IMG/VR virus record: IMGVR_UViG_3300042907_001269 | Location: 1-64,000 of that record | Direction: 5' to 3' (one strand) | DNA length: 64,000 nucleotides | DNA from: a virus | Shown: positions 18,575-28,491 of the stretch, one piece after another | Layout of the letters: every line of letters begins with the position of its first letter | How positions within the stretch are numbered: the first letter of the stretch is position 1 | Notes under the pieces: generated by a model | What the model was told of the DNA's origin: nothing | The model's input: only the letters and a program-made list of their open reading frames with translations | The model's database searches: none | Position numbers and translations under genes: made by a program

Positions 18575-19467
18575 AAAGTTTAGTTACTGGTGGAGCGGGA
18601 TTTATTGGATCAAACCTTGTAGATCGTCTTCTTGAAATGGGGCACGAGGTTGTCGTGATTGATAATGAATACTCGGATGTTCATGAACAATTTTACTGGA
18701 ATGATAAGGCGAAAAATTACAAGTACGATATTCGTGATTATGAAAACACACGTCCTCTCTATGATGGAGTTGACTATGTGTTTCATATTGCTGCAGAAGC
18801 AAGAATTCAACCAGCAATTTTAAATCCAATTGAAGCGGTAAGCATTAACTCTGTTGGAACATGCACAGTCCTTCAGTGCTCAAGAGAGGCAGGTGTGAAG
18901 AGATTAATGTATTCTTCAACCTCTTCTGCATATGGAATGAATCAATCGCCAAATATTGAAACACAACCCGATGACTGTTTAAATCCCTATTCCGTTTCAA
19001 AAGTAAATGGTGAGAAACTGTGTAAAATGTATACCAGTCTTTATGGTCTTCCCACTGTTTGCTTTAGATACTTTAATGTTTATGGTGAGCGTCAACCTTT
19101 ACGTGGACAATATGCTCCGGTGATTGGTATTTTTCTTCGTCAGAAAGCAGCAGGAGAACCCCTGACTATTGTTGGTGATGGTAATCAGCGGAGAGACTTC
19201 ACTCATGTTAGTGATGTTGTGAAGGCAAATGTGATGGCTGCTATTTCTAATCCAGATTCAGAAGCATTTGGGCAAGTATATAATGTCGGCACAGGAACAA
19301 ATCATTCTATTAATCAAATTGCAAGAATGATTTCAAATAATGTCATTAATCTACCATCTAGACCAGGAGAGTCAAGAATTACTCTTGCAAATAATAAAAA
19401 AATTAATAAAATTTTTGGTTGGAATCCAGAAGTTAAATTAGAAAATTGGATTCAATCACAACTTTAA
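18571..19467 (+). CDS. NAD-dependent nucleotide-sugar epimerase
   Basis: VTGGAGFIGS, PYSVSK, RYFNVYGERQ, RDFTHVSDV. Confidence 0.93.
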   Translation: MKSLVTGGAGFIGSNLVDRLLEMGHEVVVIDNEYSDVHEQFYWNDKAKNYKYDIRDYENTRPLYDGVDYVFHIAAEARIQPAILNPIEAVSINSVGTCTVLQCSREAGVKRLMYSSTSSAYGMNQSPNIETQPDDCLNPYSVSKVNGEKLCKMYTSLYGLPTVCFRYFNVYGERQPLRGQYAPVIGIFLRQKAAGEPLTIVGDGNQRRDFTHVSDVVKANVMAAISNPDSEAFGQVYNVGTGTNHSINQIARMISNNVINLPSRPGESRITLANNKKINKIFGWNPEVKLENWIQSQL

Positions 19468-19482
19468 TTGCATATACTACAA

Positions 19483-20091
19483 ATGACTATTTTTATTGAT
19501 TGTGGCACAAATTTAAAACAAGGACTAATTGAAATTCTTGGTTTTCATTCTGATATTGAAGAAGTTTATTCTTTTGAAGCAAATACTGCTGTCTATGATT
19601 TTATAGATAAAACAGACGGAATTCATTATTTTAATGTTGCAGTTTCTGATGAAACTGGATTTACTGAATTTCATATAGAGAAAGATCCCAATACCTTAAA
19701 TAAAGATTATTTTGGATTAAGTTCTAGAATTCAATCTCCAGAAATAAAGGACGGTGCCTTTAATTTTCCATTTGATGTAGATGGAGTTACATATACAAAT
19801 GTAGAAGATTACGTGCGGGATTATTATAAAAAAATTATTGTACCAAAGGTTAGATTAGTAAATTTCATTGACTATCTAAATGTTGATGGATGTGATATAA
19901 TATTAAAATTGGATGTTGAGGGTGAGGAATATACCATCCTTGAAGATATGAAAAAGAGTGGATCCTTTAAAAAAATTAAAAAACTTTACGTTGAGTTTCA
20001 TGAGTACAGTCGTTCATCTCAGTATGATACTGCAGAAACTTGGATTCAATATTTCAAAGAAATTGGTTTAGATTTTACTCATTGGAAATAA
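19483..20091 (+). CDS. FkbM-family methyltransferase
   Basis: FIDCGTN, SFEAN, LKLDVEGEEY, VEFH. Confidence 0.85.
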   Translation: MTIFIDCGTNLKQGLIEILGFHSDIEEVYSFEANTAVYDFIDKTDGIHYFNVAVSDETGFTEFHIEKDPNTLNKDYFGLSSRIQSPEIKDGAFNFPFDVDGVTYTNVEDYVRDYYKKIIVPKVRLVNFIDYLNVDGCDIILKLDVEGEEYTILEDMKKSGSFKKIKKLYVEFHEYSRSSQYDTAETWIQYFKEIGLDFTHWK

Positions 20092-20094
20092 TTT

Positions 20095-21051
20095 ATGAAA
20101 ATATCTTTAATTGGTCCTGGAATTATGCCTATTCCACCTCTTGCTTGGGGTGCGGTAGAAATTCTTATATGGGACACTAAAATTGCTTTGGAATCTCTGG
20201 GGCACCAAGTTCAAATTGTGAATACTAAAGATTATAATCAGATTCTAAAGGATATTGATTCTTTTGGATCTGATTTTGTTCACATTCATTACGATGAATT
20301 TATTACTTTATATCCCCATATCAAACAACCAAAGGCAATTACAAGCCATTATGGTTACTTAGAAAGACCCGAACTCTTTGGTGGATATGTAAATATTGCT
20401 AATGAGTTTGCTCGTCTTAGACCGAATACTTTTTGTTTATCTGATGGAATTCGGAATATGTATAAAGTATTGTTGAATATCCCCGAAGATAAGTTATTTC
20501 TGGCACCAAATGGAGTTAATAGATCTAAATTTGATTATGTAGATAATCCGGAATATCCGGATCGTTCCATTTATCTTGCAAAGATAGATTATAGAAAACG
20601 TCAGTTTATGTTCCAGTCTATTTCTAGTCTTTGGTATGCGGGAAATATTGCCGATGGTAGATTTGATACTTCTAAAAATTATCTAGGTGAATGGGATAAA
20701 GATACACTATATAAGGACTTAACTCAATATGGAAATCTTGTTTTACTTTCTGATGGTGAAGCACATCCACTCGTTTGTATGGAAGCACTCTCTGCTGGAC
20801 TTGGAGTTGTTGTTTGCGAATGGGGAAGAGCAAATTTAGATATTAGTAAAGAATTTATTACAGTCATTCCTGAAAATAAAATCTCTGATTTGGAGTATGT
20901 TGAGAGTAAAATTATTGAGAATAGAGAATATTCTGTAAATAATAGAAAAGAAATTGTAGAATATTCAAAGAAGTTTGATTGGAAAGAGATTCTTCAAAAA
21001 CATTATATTCCTTCAATTCAAAAAATCATTGCCGATAGTCAACATGAATAA
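20095..21051 (+). CDS. GT4-like glycosyltransferase
   Basis: PIPPLAWGAVE, PNGV, SDGEAHPLVCMEALSAG. Confidence 0.85.
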   Translation: MKISLIGPGIMPIPPLAWGAVEILIWDTKIALESLGHQVQIVNTKDYNQILKDIDSFGSDFVHIHYDEFITLYPHIKQPKAITSHYGYLERPELFGGYVNIANEFARLRPNTFCLSDGIRNMYKVLLNIPEDKLFLAPNGVNRSKFDYVDNPEYPDRSIYLAKIDYRKRQFMFQSISSLWYAGNIADGRFDTSKNYLGEWDKDTLYKDLTQYGNLVLLSDGEAHPLVCMEALSAGLGVVVCEWGRANLDISKEFITVIPENKISDLEYVESKIIENREYSVNNRKEIVEYSKKFDWKEILQKHYIPSIQKIIADSQHE

Positions 21052-21832
21052 AAAAATTGCTATTAATTTTATAGGTACTGGAAATTATCTCAAGTTCTTT
21101 CCAAAATATTATGAAACACTTATGGAATATTTTGTTCCAGAATGTCAGAAAGATTTTTTTGTTTTTACAGATGGAGATCTTGGAGATGACATTCCAGACA
21201 ATATTAAAATTATACCATCATCTGAAAATATTGAAATTACCACATCAGATTATTCTTCAGATAATTGGTATAATTTGATGTATAATAGTATTGGTGGATT
21301 GAGAAGATTTGGAGAAATCAAAAAAATTGAAAGCCAATTAAAGGATTATGATTGGTATGTATACTTTGATGCTGATATGTATTGTTGCGATCAGTTAATT
21401 ACATATCAAGATTTTTTCAACGATGAAAAACCATTTTTCGGAGTGCAACATCCGACTTTTAGTGCCAACTGGAGTAAATTTCTTCAATATTTGCCTTTTG
21501 AAAGAAATAAAAGATCCTTATCATGTGTAACTGAAGAAGAGGAAAAGGACGATGTATATCTTCAGGGATGTATTTGGGGTGGTAAAATTCCAGAAATTTT
21601 TAAATTAATTGATGAACTTGATGAAAGAATTAAAAAAGATTTGGAAAATAATGTAATGGCAGCGGCTCATGATGAAAGTCATTTAAATAGATATAGGATT
21701 GAAAACTATGATGATTTTCATATTTTACACCCATCATTTGCAAAACCAGGAAATTATCCCGATAATGAGTTTGATTTTTCCGCAAGGATGATTCACTCTC
21801 CTGCCGATAAAAAAACTGTTCTTTATTCCTAA
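21044..21832 (+). CDS. family 6 glycosyltransferase (alpha-1,3-Gal/GalNAc transferase-like)
   Basis: IGTGNY, FVFTD, YFDAD, QHP, YLQGCIWGG, HDESHLNRY. Confidence 0.88.
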   Translation: MNKKIAINFIGTGNYLKFFPKYYETLMEYFVPECQKDFFVFTDGDLGDDIPDNIKIIPSSENIEITTSDYSSDNWYNLMYNSIGGLRRFGEIKKIESQLKDYDWYVYFDADMYCCDQLITYQDFFNDEKPFFGVQHPTFSANWSKFLQYLPFERNKRSLSCVTEEEEKDDVYLQGCIWGGKIPEIFKLIDELDERIKKDLENNVMAAAHDESHLNRYRIENYDDFHILHPSFAKPGNYPDNEFDFSARMIHSPADKKTVLYS

Positions 21833-21836
21833 TAAA

Positions 21837-22619
21837 ATGATTGGATTTAATTATCTCGGACAAAATGGACGTTTAGCAAATCAGATGTTTCAATATGCTT
21901 CGTTAAGAGGTATTGCTGCAACAAAAGGATATGATTTCTGTATTCCTAAAACAGACTATGGCGATAAATGGAAAGATAATAAATTATTTGATGTATTTGA
22001 ACTTAATAATTTAAAAAATGTGGGTTTTTTTCCTGCAGATTTTTATACAGAAAAGCAGTTCCATTATGATTCTGAGTATGTTGGAAATTGTCCAGATAAT
22101 GTAAATTTGCATGGATACTTTCAGAGTGAAAAATACTTTAAGCATATTGAAGATAGTATCAGAGAAGACTTTAAGTTTAAAGAATATATTTTAGAACCTT
22201 GCACATCTAATTTTCATTTTGATGAGATTATTGCTCTACATGTAAGAAGAACAGATTATGTTTCTAATTCTATAAATCATCCGCCATGTGATCTTTCATA
22301 TTATGAAAAGGCACTAGAGCAATTTAATACTAATATTCCGGTAATGATTTTTTCCGATGATGTTGGGTGGTGTCAGTCTCAGACTTTATTTGAATCAGAT
22401 AGATTTATGATTTCCGAATCTCATAATGGATTTGTTGATTTATGTCTAATGAGCATGTGCCATTATCATATTATTGCCAATTCTTCTTTCTCTTGGTGGG
22501 GGGCATGGTTGGCAAAATCTAAAAAAGTAGTTGCCCCTTTACACTGGTTTGGTACAAGTGGAAATACTGCTAAAAATCAAACACAGGATTTATATTTGGA
22601 TGGATGGATTAAAATATGA
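21837..22619 (+). CDS. family 11 alpha-1,2-fucosyltransferase
   Basis: GRLANQMFQYA, GYFQSEKYF, HVRRTDY, IFSDD, NSSFSWWGAWL. Confidence 0.93.
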   Translation: MIGFNYLGQNGRLANQMFQYASLRGIAATKGYDFCIPKTDYGDKWKDNKLFDVFELNNLKNVGFFPADFYTEKQFHYDSEYVGNCPDNVNLHGYFQSEKYFKHIEDSIREDFKFKEYILEPCTSNFHFDEIIALHVRRTDYVSNSINHPPCDLSYYEKALEQFNTNIPVMIFSDDVGWCQSQTLFESDRFMISESHNGFVDLCLMSMCHYHIIANSSFSWWGAWLAKSKKVVAPLHWFGTSGNTAKNQTQDLYLDGWIKI

Positions 22620-23452
22620 AAAAAATAGATTTATCTGATTGTACTTTTATGATTCCTATCAGAATTGACTCTGATGATAGGGTTAGAAACATAATTACGG
22701 TTCTTTGCTTTCTTATTAAGACCTTTAAAACTAATATTATTGTCAAAGAAGTAGATTCAAATCAATTTTTTAAAGATTATGCTCTCCCTCAAATTGAAGA
22801 ATTTGTTGGTGATGATATTAAACAATTAATTTATCTTTTTGAACAATCGGAAGATCCTGTTTTTCATAGGATGAAGATCATCAATGAAATGATTTCTATT
22901 TCTAATACTAAAGTTATTGTAAATTATGATTGTGATGTATTATTAAGACCAGAAACATATCAAAAGTCTTGTGAAATGATTCTAAATCAGTCTTATGATG
23001 TAGTTTATCCCTATGGGTTTGGTATGTTTCAAAAACAAATATTTGCGGATGATGAAATAGTTACTAAATTTATAAATCAAGAATTTGATTTTAGTATTTT
23101 AGAACAAAAGTTCAAACCATATCAAGCAGAATATGGGCATGTGCAATTTTTTAACAAAGATTCCTACATTGATGCTGGTATGGAAAATGAAAACTTTGTG
23201 TCTTGGTCACCGGAAGACAAAGAAAGATACTTTAGATTTGATAAGATGGGGTATAATGTAGGAAGAATAGACGACTATGTTTACCATCTAGAACATTCCC
23301 GAGGTCAAAATTCCAATCATAATAATCCATATTTGCAAAAAAACATGGAACTTTGGAATTATCTAGAAAAATTAAATAAATCTCAACTTGTAAATTATTA
23401 TCAAAGTCAAAAGTATCTTCGTAAGTATTCTTGTTATAATAATAAAATTTAA
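22616..23452 (+). CDS. GT2/GT7C-like galactosyltransferase
   Basis: NYDCDV, GMENENFVSWSPED, YHLEH. Confidence 0.8.
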   Translation: MKKIDLSDCTFMIPIRIDSDDRVRNIITVLCFLIKTFKTNIIVKEVDSNQFFKDYALPQIEEFVGDDIKQLIYLFEQSEDPVFHRMKIINEMISISNTKVIVNYDCDVLLRPETYQKSCEMILNQSYDVVYPYGFGMFQKQIFADDEIVTKFINQEFDFSILEQKFKPYQAEYGHVQFFNKDSYIDAGMENENFVSWSPEDKERYFRFDKMGYNVGRIDDYVYHLEHSRGQNSNHNNPYLQKNMELWNYLEKLNKSQLVNYYQSQKYLRKYSCYNNKI

Positions 23453-23455
23453 AAA

Positions 23456-24247
23456 ATGGATAAAAATAAATCAGCATATAAACTCAAAAATATGAGTCCA
23501 ATATATTATCTAAATCTTGATGGGCAACCAGAAAGAAAGGAATATATGGAGGAGCAATTTAAGTATTGGGATATTGAAAACTATACTCGCATTTCTGCCT
23601 ATGATGGGAGAGAAGATGATTTGAGTGATATTATTAAGGGTCGTTATCCCGATAATATGACTTCGGGAGAAATTGGATGTACTACTTCCCACCTTAAAGC
23701 ACTTAAGCATTGGGTGGAAACTTCCGATAGTCCTTATGCGGTTATTATGGAAGACGATGTGGATTTGCAACTTGCAAGGTGTTGGGATTTTACTTGGAAT
23801 GATTTTATTTCCAAGGTTCCTTATGATTATGATGTAATTCAACTTGCCATTATTTGTACAGGAGATTTACATGTTAAACTTCATAAAAGATTTGTAAATG
23901 ATTTTTCAACTGCCGCATATATAATCACTCGTCATCATGCAGAAAAAATTCTTAAGCATCATGTTCGTGATGATAAGTACAAGTTAGATAATGGAGTAAA
24001 GCCAAGAGCAGTTGCCGATGACTTAATTTATAATTCCGGAAACACTTTTTCAATTCCTTTATTCCTTTATAAGATTGCTCTAGGTTCTTCTATTCATCCA
24101 GAGCATATTGATGTCTTTCATCGCCAGAGTCATGATGGACTTCTTAATTTCTGGGAGAATCAAGGACCTGATTTAAAGATTGATGATTTAATGAACTATG
24201 ATCCTTATTTGGGCAGAATTACTAATCCTTCTCAACCTCAAAGTTAA
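23456..24247 (+). CDS. family 25 glycosyltransferase
   Basis: YYLNLD..PERK, GEIGCTTSH, IMEDDV, STAAYII. Confidence 0.9.
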   Translation: MDKNKSAYKLKNMSPIYYLNLDGQPERKEYMEEQFKYWDIENYTRISAYDGREDDLSDIIKGRYPDNMTSGEIGCTTSHLKALKHWVETSDSPYAVIMEDDVDLQLARCWDFTWNDFISKVPYDYDVIQLAIICTGDLHVKLHKRFVNDFSTAAYIITRHHAEKILKHHVRDDKYKLDNGVKPRAVADDLIYNSGNTFSIPLFLYKIALGSSIHPEHIDVFHRQSHDGLLNFWENQGPDLKIDDLMNYDPYLGRITNPSQPQS

Positions 24248-24267
24248 AGTTTTCTGACCTAGGGTGC

Positions 24268-24316
24268 TTGACAAGACCTCTTTCCTCATATATAATATGT
24301 TACAGTTCTTAATAAA
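24268..24316 (+). promoter_or_regulatory. sigma70 promoter plus HLR1-like (RpaB) site upstream of hli
   Basis: TTGACA 24268-24273, N17, TATAAT 24291-24296; GTTACAGT-TC-TTAATAAA 24299-24316. Confidence 0.75.
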
Positions 24317-24322
24317 ACTACA

Positions 24323-24532
24323 ATGACCGTTACGACTAATGAATTTGGGCAACAGAATATGTTTGCCAAAGAACCCGAAATGTATGTGTCTCAGTCCGAC
24401 GCAGAGCGTTATGCACTTGAGACTCACGCAGAAAGGGCAGAGCGACTGAATGGACGCACTGCGATGCTGGGCTTCGTTGCAGCACTTATTTCTTATGCAC
24501 TCACAGGGCACCTCTTCTTTGGTGTAATCTGA
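24323..24532 (+). CDS. hli: high-light inducible protein
   Basis: AERLNGRTAMLGF chlorophyll-binding motif, TGHLFFG. Confidence 0.95.
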   Translation: MTVTTNEFGQQNMFAKEPEMYVSQSDAERYALETHAERAERLNGRTAMLGFVAALISYALTGHLFFGVI

Positions 24533-24618
24533 TGGGCGAACTCATTTTTACTGTAACAAGTATTTCTTTCTTTGTGCTTCTGGCGCATTCTATCAATCAA
24601 CTTTCTGAAACTTATTAA
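24532..24618 (+). CDS. 28-aa hydrophobic microprotein (MGELIFTVTSISFFVLLAHSINQLSETY)
   Basis: Translated by hand; TGATG coupling to hli; fills the gap between two hli genes. Confidence 0.55.
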   Translation: MGELIFTVTSISFFVLLAHSINQLSETY

Positions 24619-24629
24619 GGAGAAAAAAA

Positions 24630-24740
24630 ATGTTTAACGAAAAGGTTGAGCGTATTAATGGTTGGTTTGCGATGATCGGTATCGTCGCTGCCTTTGGTGC
24701 CTATGCACTGACTGGACAAATTATCCCCGGAGTATGGTGA
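24630..24740 (+). CDS. hli: high-light inducible protein (36 aa)
   Basis: MFNEKVERINGWFAMIGIVAAFGAYALTGQIIPGVW; SD AAGGAG; absent from the ORF track. Confidence 0.93.
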   Translation: MFNEKVERINGWFAMIGIVAAFGAYALTGQIIPGVW

Positions 24741-24832
24741 GTTCTGATATTGTCGCAATATTTTGTGGATTTTTTATATCCACAATCGCACTTAATATAT
24801 TGAAACTCACATTAAAAAAATAATTATATCAA

Positions 24833-24868
24833 TCCTTCTCTCTAAATACGGAGAGAAGGATTTTTTTT
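24833..24868 (+). terminator. terminator hairpin with late-promoter-like CTAAATA in its loop region
   Basis: tccttctct...agagaagga followed by T8; 3' arm is the SD of the next ORF. Confidence 0.7.
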
Positions 24869-25030
24869 ATGCCAAGGGGACAATTAACAAAGGATGAGAT
24901 AAAGTATCAGGTATTGAAGTTAAAGCAGAAACTTCAAAATGAGCATATCGGATATACGTCTGATCCTAAATCACTTGCCGATCAATATCTGAATATGGTT
25001 CTGGATAAGATTAATGAATATGCCCGCTGA
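24869..25030 (+). CDS. small hypothetical protein (53 aa, MPRGQLTKDEIKYQVLKLK...)
   Basis: Translated by hand. Confidence 0.7.
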   Translation: MPRGQLTKDEIKYQVLKLKQKLQNEHIGYTSDPKSLADQYLNMVLDKINEYAR

Positions 25031-25074
25031 CAAAGGGTTCTATTTATACTGTGCCACTTAGGTAATTGGACCTA

Positions 25075-25133
25075 TTGACAGGATTTCCTAACAGTGTTAT
25101 TATATATACATACACGGGTTAAGAAACGTAACA
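25075..25133 (+). promoter_or_regulatory. psbA sigma70 promoter with inverted HLR1-like site
   Basis: TTGACA 25075-25080, N17, TATTAT 25098-25103; reverse complement TGTTACGTTTCTTAA at 25119-25133. Confidence 0.75.
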
Positions 25134-25147
25134 ATTCTGAAACCCAG

Positions 25148-25256
25148 TGTCTTCTCCAACCGGGATCAAGAGAAGTAAAGCATCCCTCATACCCACGATG
25201 GAGGGTGTCGTGGGAATACTTGTAACTATTCAGTCCCCCTGAATCATACTTACCCT
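25148..25256 (+). ncRNA. structured psbA 5' leader (PhotoRC-II-like motif)
   Basis: cttctc/gagaag stem, cccacga-tggagggtg-tcgtggg stem, ttcag/ctgaa stem, CTTAC before start; family name from memory. Confidence 0.55.
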
Positions 25257-25266
25257 TTTAAAACAA

Positions 25267-26016
25267 ATGACTGCTACAATTGCTCAACAACGTTCCACAA
25301 ATACCTGGAACCAATTCTGTGAGTGGGTTACTTCCACTAACAATCGTCTGTATGTTGGTTGGTTCGGAGTCCTTATGATTCCTTGCCTACTTGCTGCTAC
25401 GACTTGCTTCATTATCGCTTTCGTCGGTGCTCCTCCTGTGGACATTGACGGCATTCGTGAACCCGTTGCTGGTTCTCTAATGTACGGAAACAACATCATC
25501 TCTGGTGCCGTTGTTCCTTCTTCTAATGCTATCGGACTTCACTTCTATCCTATCTGGGAAGCTGCTTCACTTGATGAATGGCTTTATAACGGTGGACCTT
25601 TCCAACTCGTTGTATTCCACTTCCTCATCGGCATCTATGCTTATATGGGACGTGAATGGGAACTCTCTTACCGTCTAGGTATGCGTCCTTGGATCTGTGT
25701 TGCTTATTCAGCACCTGTTGCTGCTGCTTCTGCTGTATTCCTGGTCTATCCTTTCGGTCAAGGTTCTTTCTCTGATGCAATGCCTCTGGGTATCTCTGGA
25801 ACCTTCAACTACATGCTTGTCTTCCAGGCAGAACACAATATCCTGATGCACCCCTTCCATATGCTTGGTGTTGCTGGTGTCTTCGGTGGTTCACTGTTCT
25901 CTGCGATGCACGGTTCACTGGTGACTTCTTCACTGGTTCGTGAAACTACTGAAACTGAATCGCAGAATTATGGTTATAAGTTCGGTCAAGAAGAAGAGAC
26001 CTATAACATCGTGGCT
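25267..26016 (+). CDS. psbA: photosystem II D1 protein, exon 1 (codons 1-250)
   Basis: [40 protein letters not shown], ...EEETYNIVA. Confidence 0.99.
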
Positions 26017-26555
<539 letters not shown>

Positions 26556-26581
26556 TATAATCACTAAATTGTGATATAATG

Positions 26582-26615
26582 AAGAGACCTGTAAAGGTCT
26601 CTTTTTTTATAAATA
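26582..26615 (+). terminator. psbA terminator followed by late promoter TATAAATA (26608-26615)
   Basis: aagagacct-gtaa-aggtctctt-TTTTT. Confidence 0.8.
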
Positions 26616-26624
26616 ATAATATCC

Positions 26625-27254
26625 GTGAGCAGACCACAAATGAATGTAAGATATACTGATAAGGATAGGGAGATTTGGAAGCAAATGTATTTGTCTGGTT
26701 TATCCTCCCACGAGATTGGAAGACAACTAAACATACCAAGAGTTTCTGTATATAAGTATCTTAAAACAATTGGCATAACAAGAAACTTTTCTGAATGGCA
26801 AATAGGTAAAGAACCTTGGAATAAAGGAAAGAAAACAGGTCAAAAAGTTTGGAATAAAGGATTAACCAAAGAAACTGATGAAAGAGTCAAAAAATATGGA
26901 GAAAAAATAAAGGGCAATAATTGTCAAAACCCTTGGAAAGAAAGATATTTTGATACTGATTATTTGTATTTGGTTATTGTTTATCTTGAAGGTAAACTGG
27001 TTTATAAGGTTGGTAGAAGTTTCAATAAATTAGCAAATCACACCAAAAATAAATTACATAGTGTAATTAAAATATGGAAAGGAATTCATTATCAAGTTCA
27101 TCATCTTGAAAAGTTCATCCATCAAAAATACCAAGATTATAAAATTGATTTTGAGACCACGGACAGTGGATATACGGAGTGTTATGTGGTAGAATTACCC
27201 ATAACTGAAATCATTAACCTTACAGAAAAAACATTAAAACATTATGATTACTAA
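26625..27254 (+). CDS. putative free-standing homing endonuclease (HTH, NUMOD3-like repeats, GIY-YIG/T5orf172-like C-terminal domain)
   Basis: SSHEIGRQLNIPRVSVYKYL HTH; PWNKGKK and VWNKGLTKETDERVK; YLYLV..YKVGRS..LEKFIH..GYTECY. Confidence 0.7.
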   Translation: MSRPQMNVRYTDKDREIWKQMYLSGLSSHEIGRQLNIPRVSVYKYLKTIGITRNFSEWQIGKEPWNKGKKTGQKVWNKGLTKETDERVKKYGEKIKGNNCQNPWKERYFDTDYLYLVIVYLEGKLVYKVGRSFNKLANHTKNKLHSVIKIWKGIHYQVHHLEKFIHQKYQDYKIDFETTDSGYTECYVVELPITEIINLTEKTLKHYDY

Positions 27255-27399
27255 AGAAGGATTTATTGAGGCAACCAATCTAGCACCTGAAAACGCAGAA
27301 AAAATTTATCAAGAACTTAATGATAGGTTTAATGGGGATTGGGATAAAGCATCTGACTACCTTAAAGATTTGGTTGCATACTTACAAAAGCACCAATAA
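27244..27399 (+). CDS. small hypothetical protein (51 aa, MITKEGFIEATNL...)
   Basis: Translated by hand. Confidence 0.55.
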   Translation: MITKEGFIEATNLAPENAEKIYQELNDRFNGDWDKASDYLKDLVAYLQKHQ

Positions 27400-27491
27400 A
27401 ATGCTCCTCATCCTCCTGCTCTTCCAGTTATTTGGATTGTTCCTTTTCATAATGTCTCTGCTATAATACATACAACAGTTACTTCTTACTA

Positions 27492-27653
27492 ATGAAAGAC
27501 CTATCACTTTCCGAAGAGCAAATTAAACTTCTTGCGGATGCTCTTTGGATGCGTCAAAGATGCTTTATCGCAGGAGACAAAAGATTCAAAGAATATGGTG
27601 CGATGTTAGATACACTTCTTGAAGGAATTGAATACACTCCAAAAAGATTCTGA
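27492..27653 (+). CDS. small hypothetical protein (53 aa, MKDLSLSEEQIKLLADALWMRQR...)
   Basis: Translated by hand; ends 2 nt before next ATG. Confidence 0.6.
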   Translation: MKDLSLSEEQIKLLADALWMRQRCFIAGDKRFKEYGAMLDTLLEGIEYTPKRF

Positions 27654-27655
27654 AT

Positions 27656-28360
27656 ATGACTTACGATACAGTCTTCATATCTGATGTTCACTTGGGAACT
27701 CCGCGATGTAATACTGAAAAGTTTCTCAAGTTTCTGAAAGAACTCAAAACCAAAAAGTTAGTTCTGGTAGGTGATATTATAGACATCTACTGTATGGAAA
27801 AATATAATACTCGTTGGAAAAAAGAGCACACCGAATGTGTTCATCAGATTCTCAATCTCGCAAAGAAAGGAACCGAGATTGTTTATATTCTTGGAAATCA
27901 CGAAGGAATGATTCGTCGTTATACTGATTTTGAACACAAGAACTTTAAGATGGTTGATGAATATACGCACAAGGATTCAAAGGGAAATAAGTTTCTTTGT
28001 ATTCACGGAGATAAGTATTCTGAGTATTCTTCTGGGTCTTGGAAACAACTCATCTTTAATAAAGGATATGAATTCATTACACCACTCAGTTTATTTTTTG
28101 AGAGGTTCTTCCGTTTCTCTTTGGTTTATGCTTTGAAGAATAGTGTGCGTGGTAAGAACTATATCAATCAATATGAGACTGATATTGCTTCTTATTGTGC
28201 TCAAAGAGATAAGAAATATTCTGGTGTAATCTGCGGACACATACATTCGGCAAATATTCGCAATTTTGGCAAAATCACTTATATGTGTTGTGGAGATTTT
28301 GTGGATACTTGTTCTGCCATCTTAGAAAAGAACGGTGTATATTGTTTGGAAAAGTACTGA
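27656..28360 (+). CDS. calcineurin-like metallophosphoesterase, PlcP/LpxH-like
   Basis: ISDVHLG, VGDIID, GNHE, IHGD, ICGHIH, CGDFVD. Confidence 0.85.
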   Translation: MTYDTVFISDVHLGTPRCNTEKFLKFLKELKTKKLVLVGDIIDIYCMEKYNTRWKKEHTECVHQILNLAKKGTEIVYILGNHEGMIRRYTDFEHKNFKMVDEYTHKDSKGNKFLCIHGDKYSEYSSGSWKQLIFNKGYEFITPLSLFFERFFRFSLVYALKNSVRGKNYINQYETDIASYCAQRDKKYSGVICGHIHSANIRNFGKITYMCCGDFVDTCSAILEKNGVYCLEKY

Positions 28361-28491
28361 TGATATCCTCAACAACTCCATATAAACTCGCAGAGATTAT
28401 TCAAGATACTTGGCCTGGACTTTACAGACCTGTACAAGACCGTAAGGATTTTCCAACAAACACTTCCACCACAGATAAAAAAGTGGTATAA
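28360..28491 (+). CDS. small hypothetical protein (MISSTTPYKLAEIIQDTWPGLY...)
   Basis: TGATG coupling to previous ORF. Confidence 0.6.
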   Translation: MISSTTPYKLAEIIQDTWPGLYRPVQDRKDFPTNTSTTDKKVV

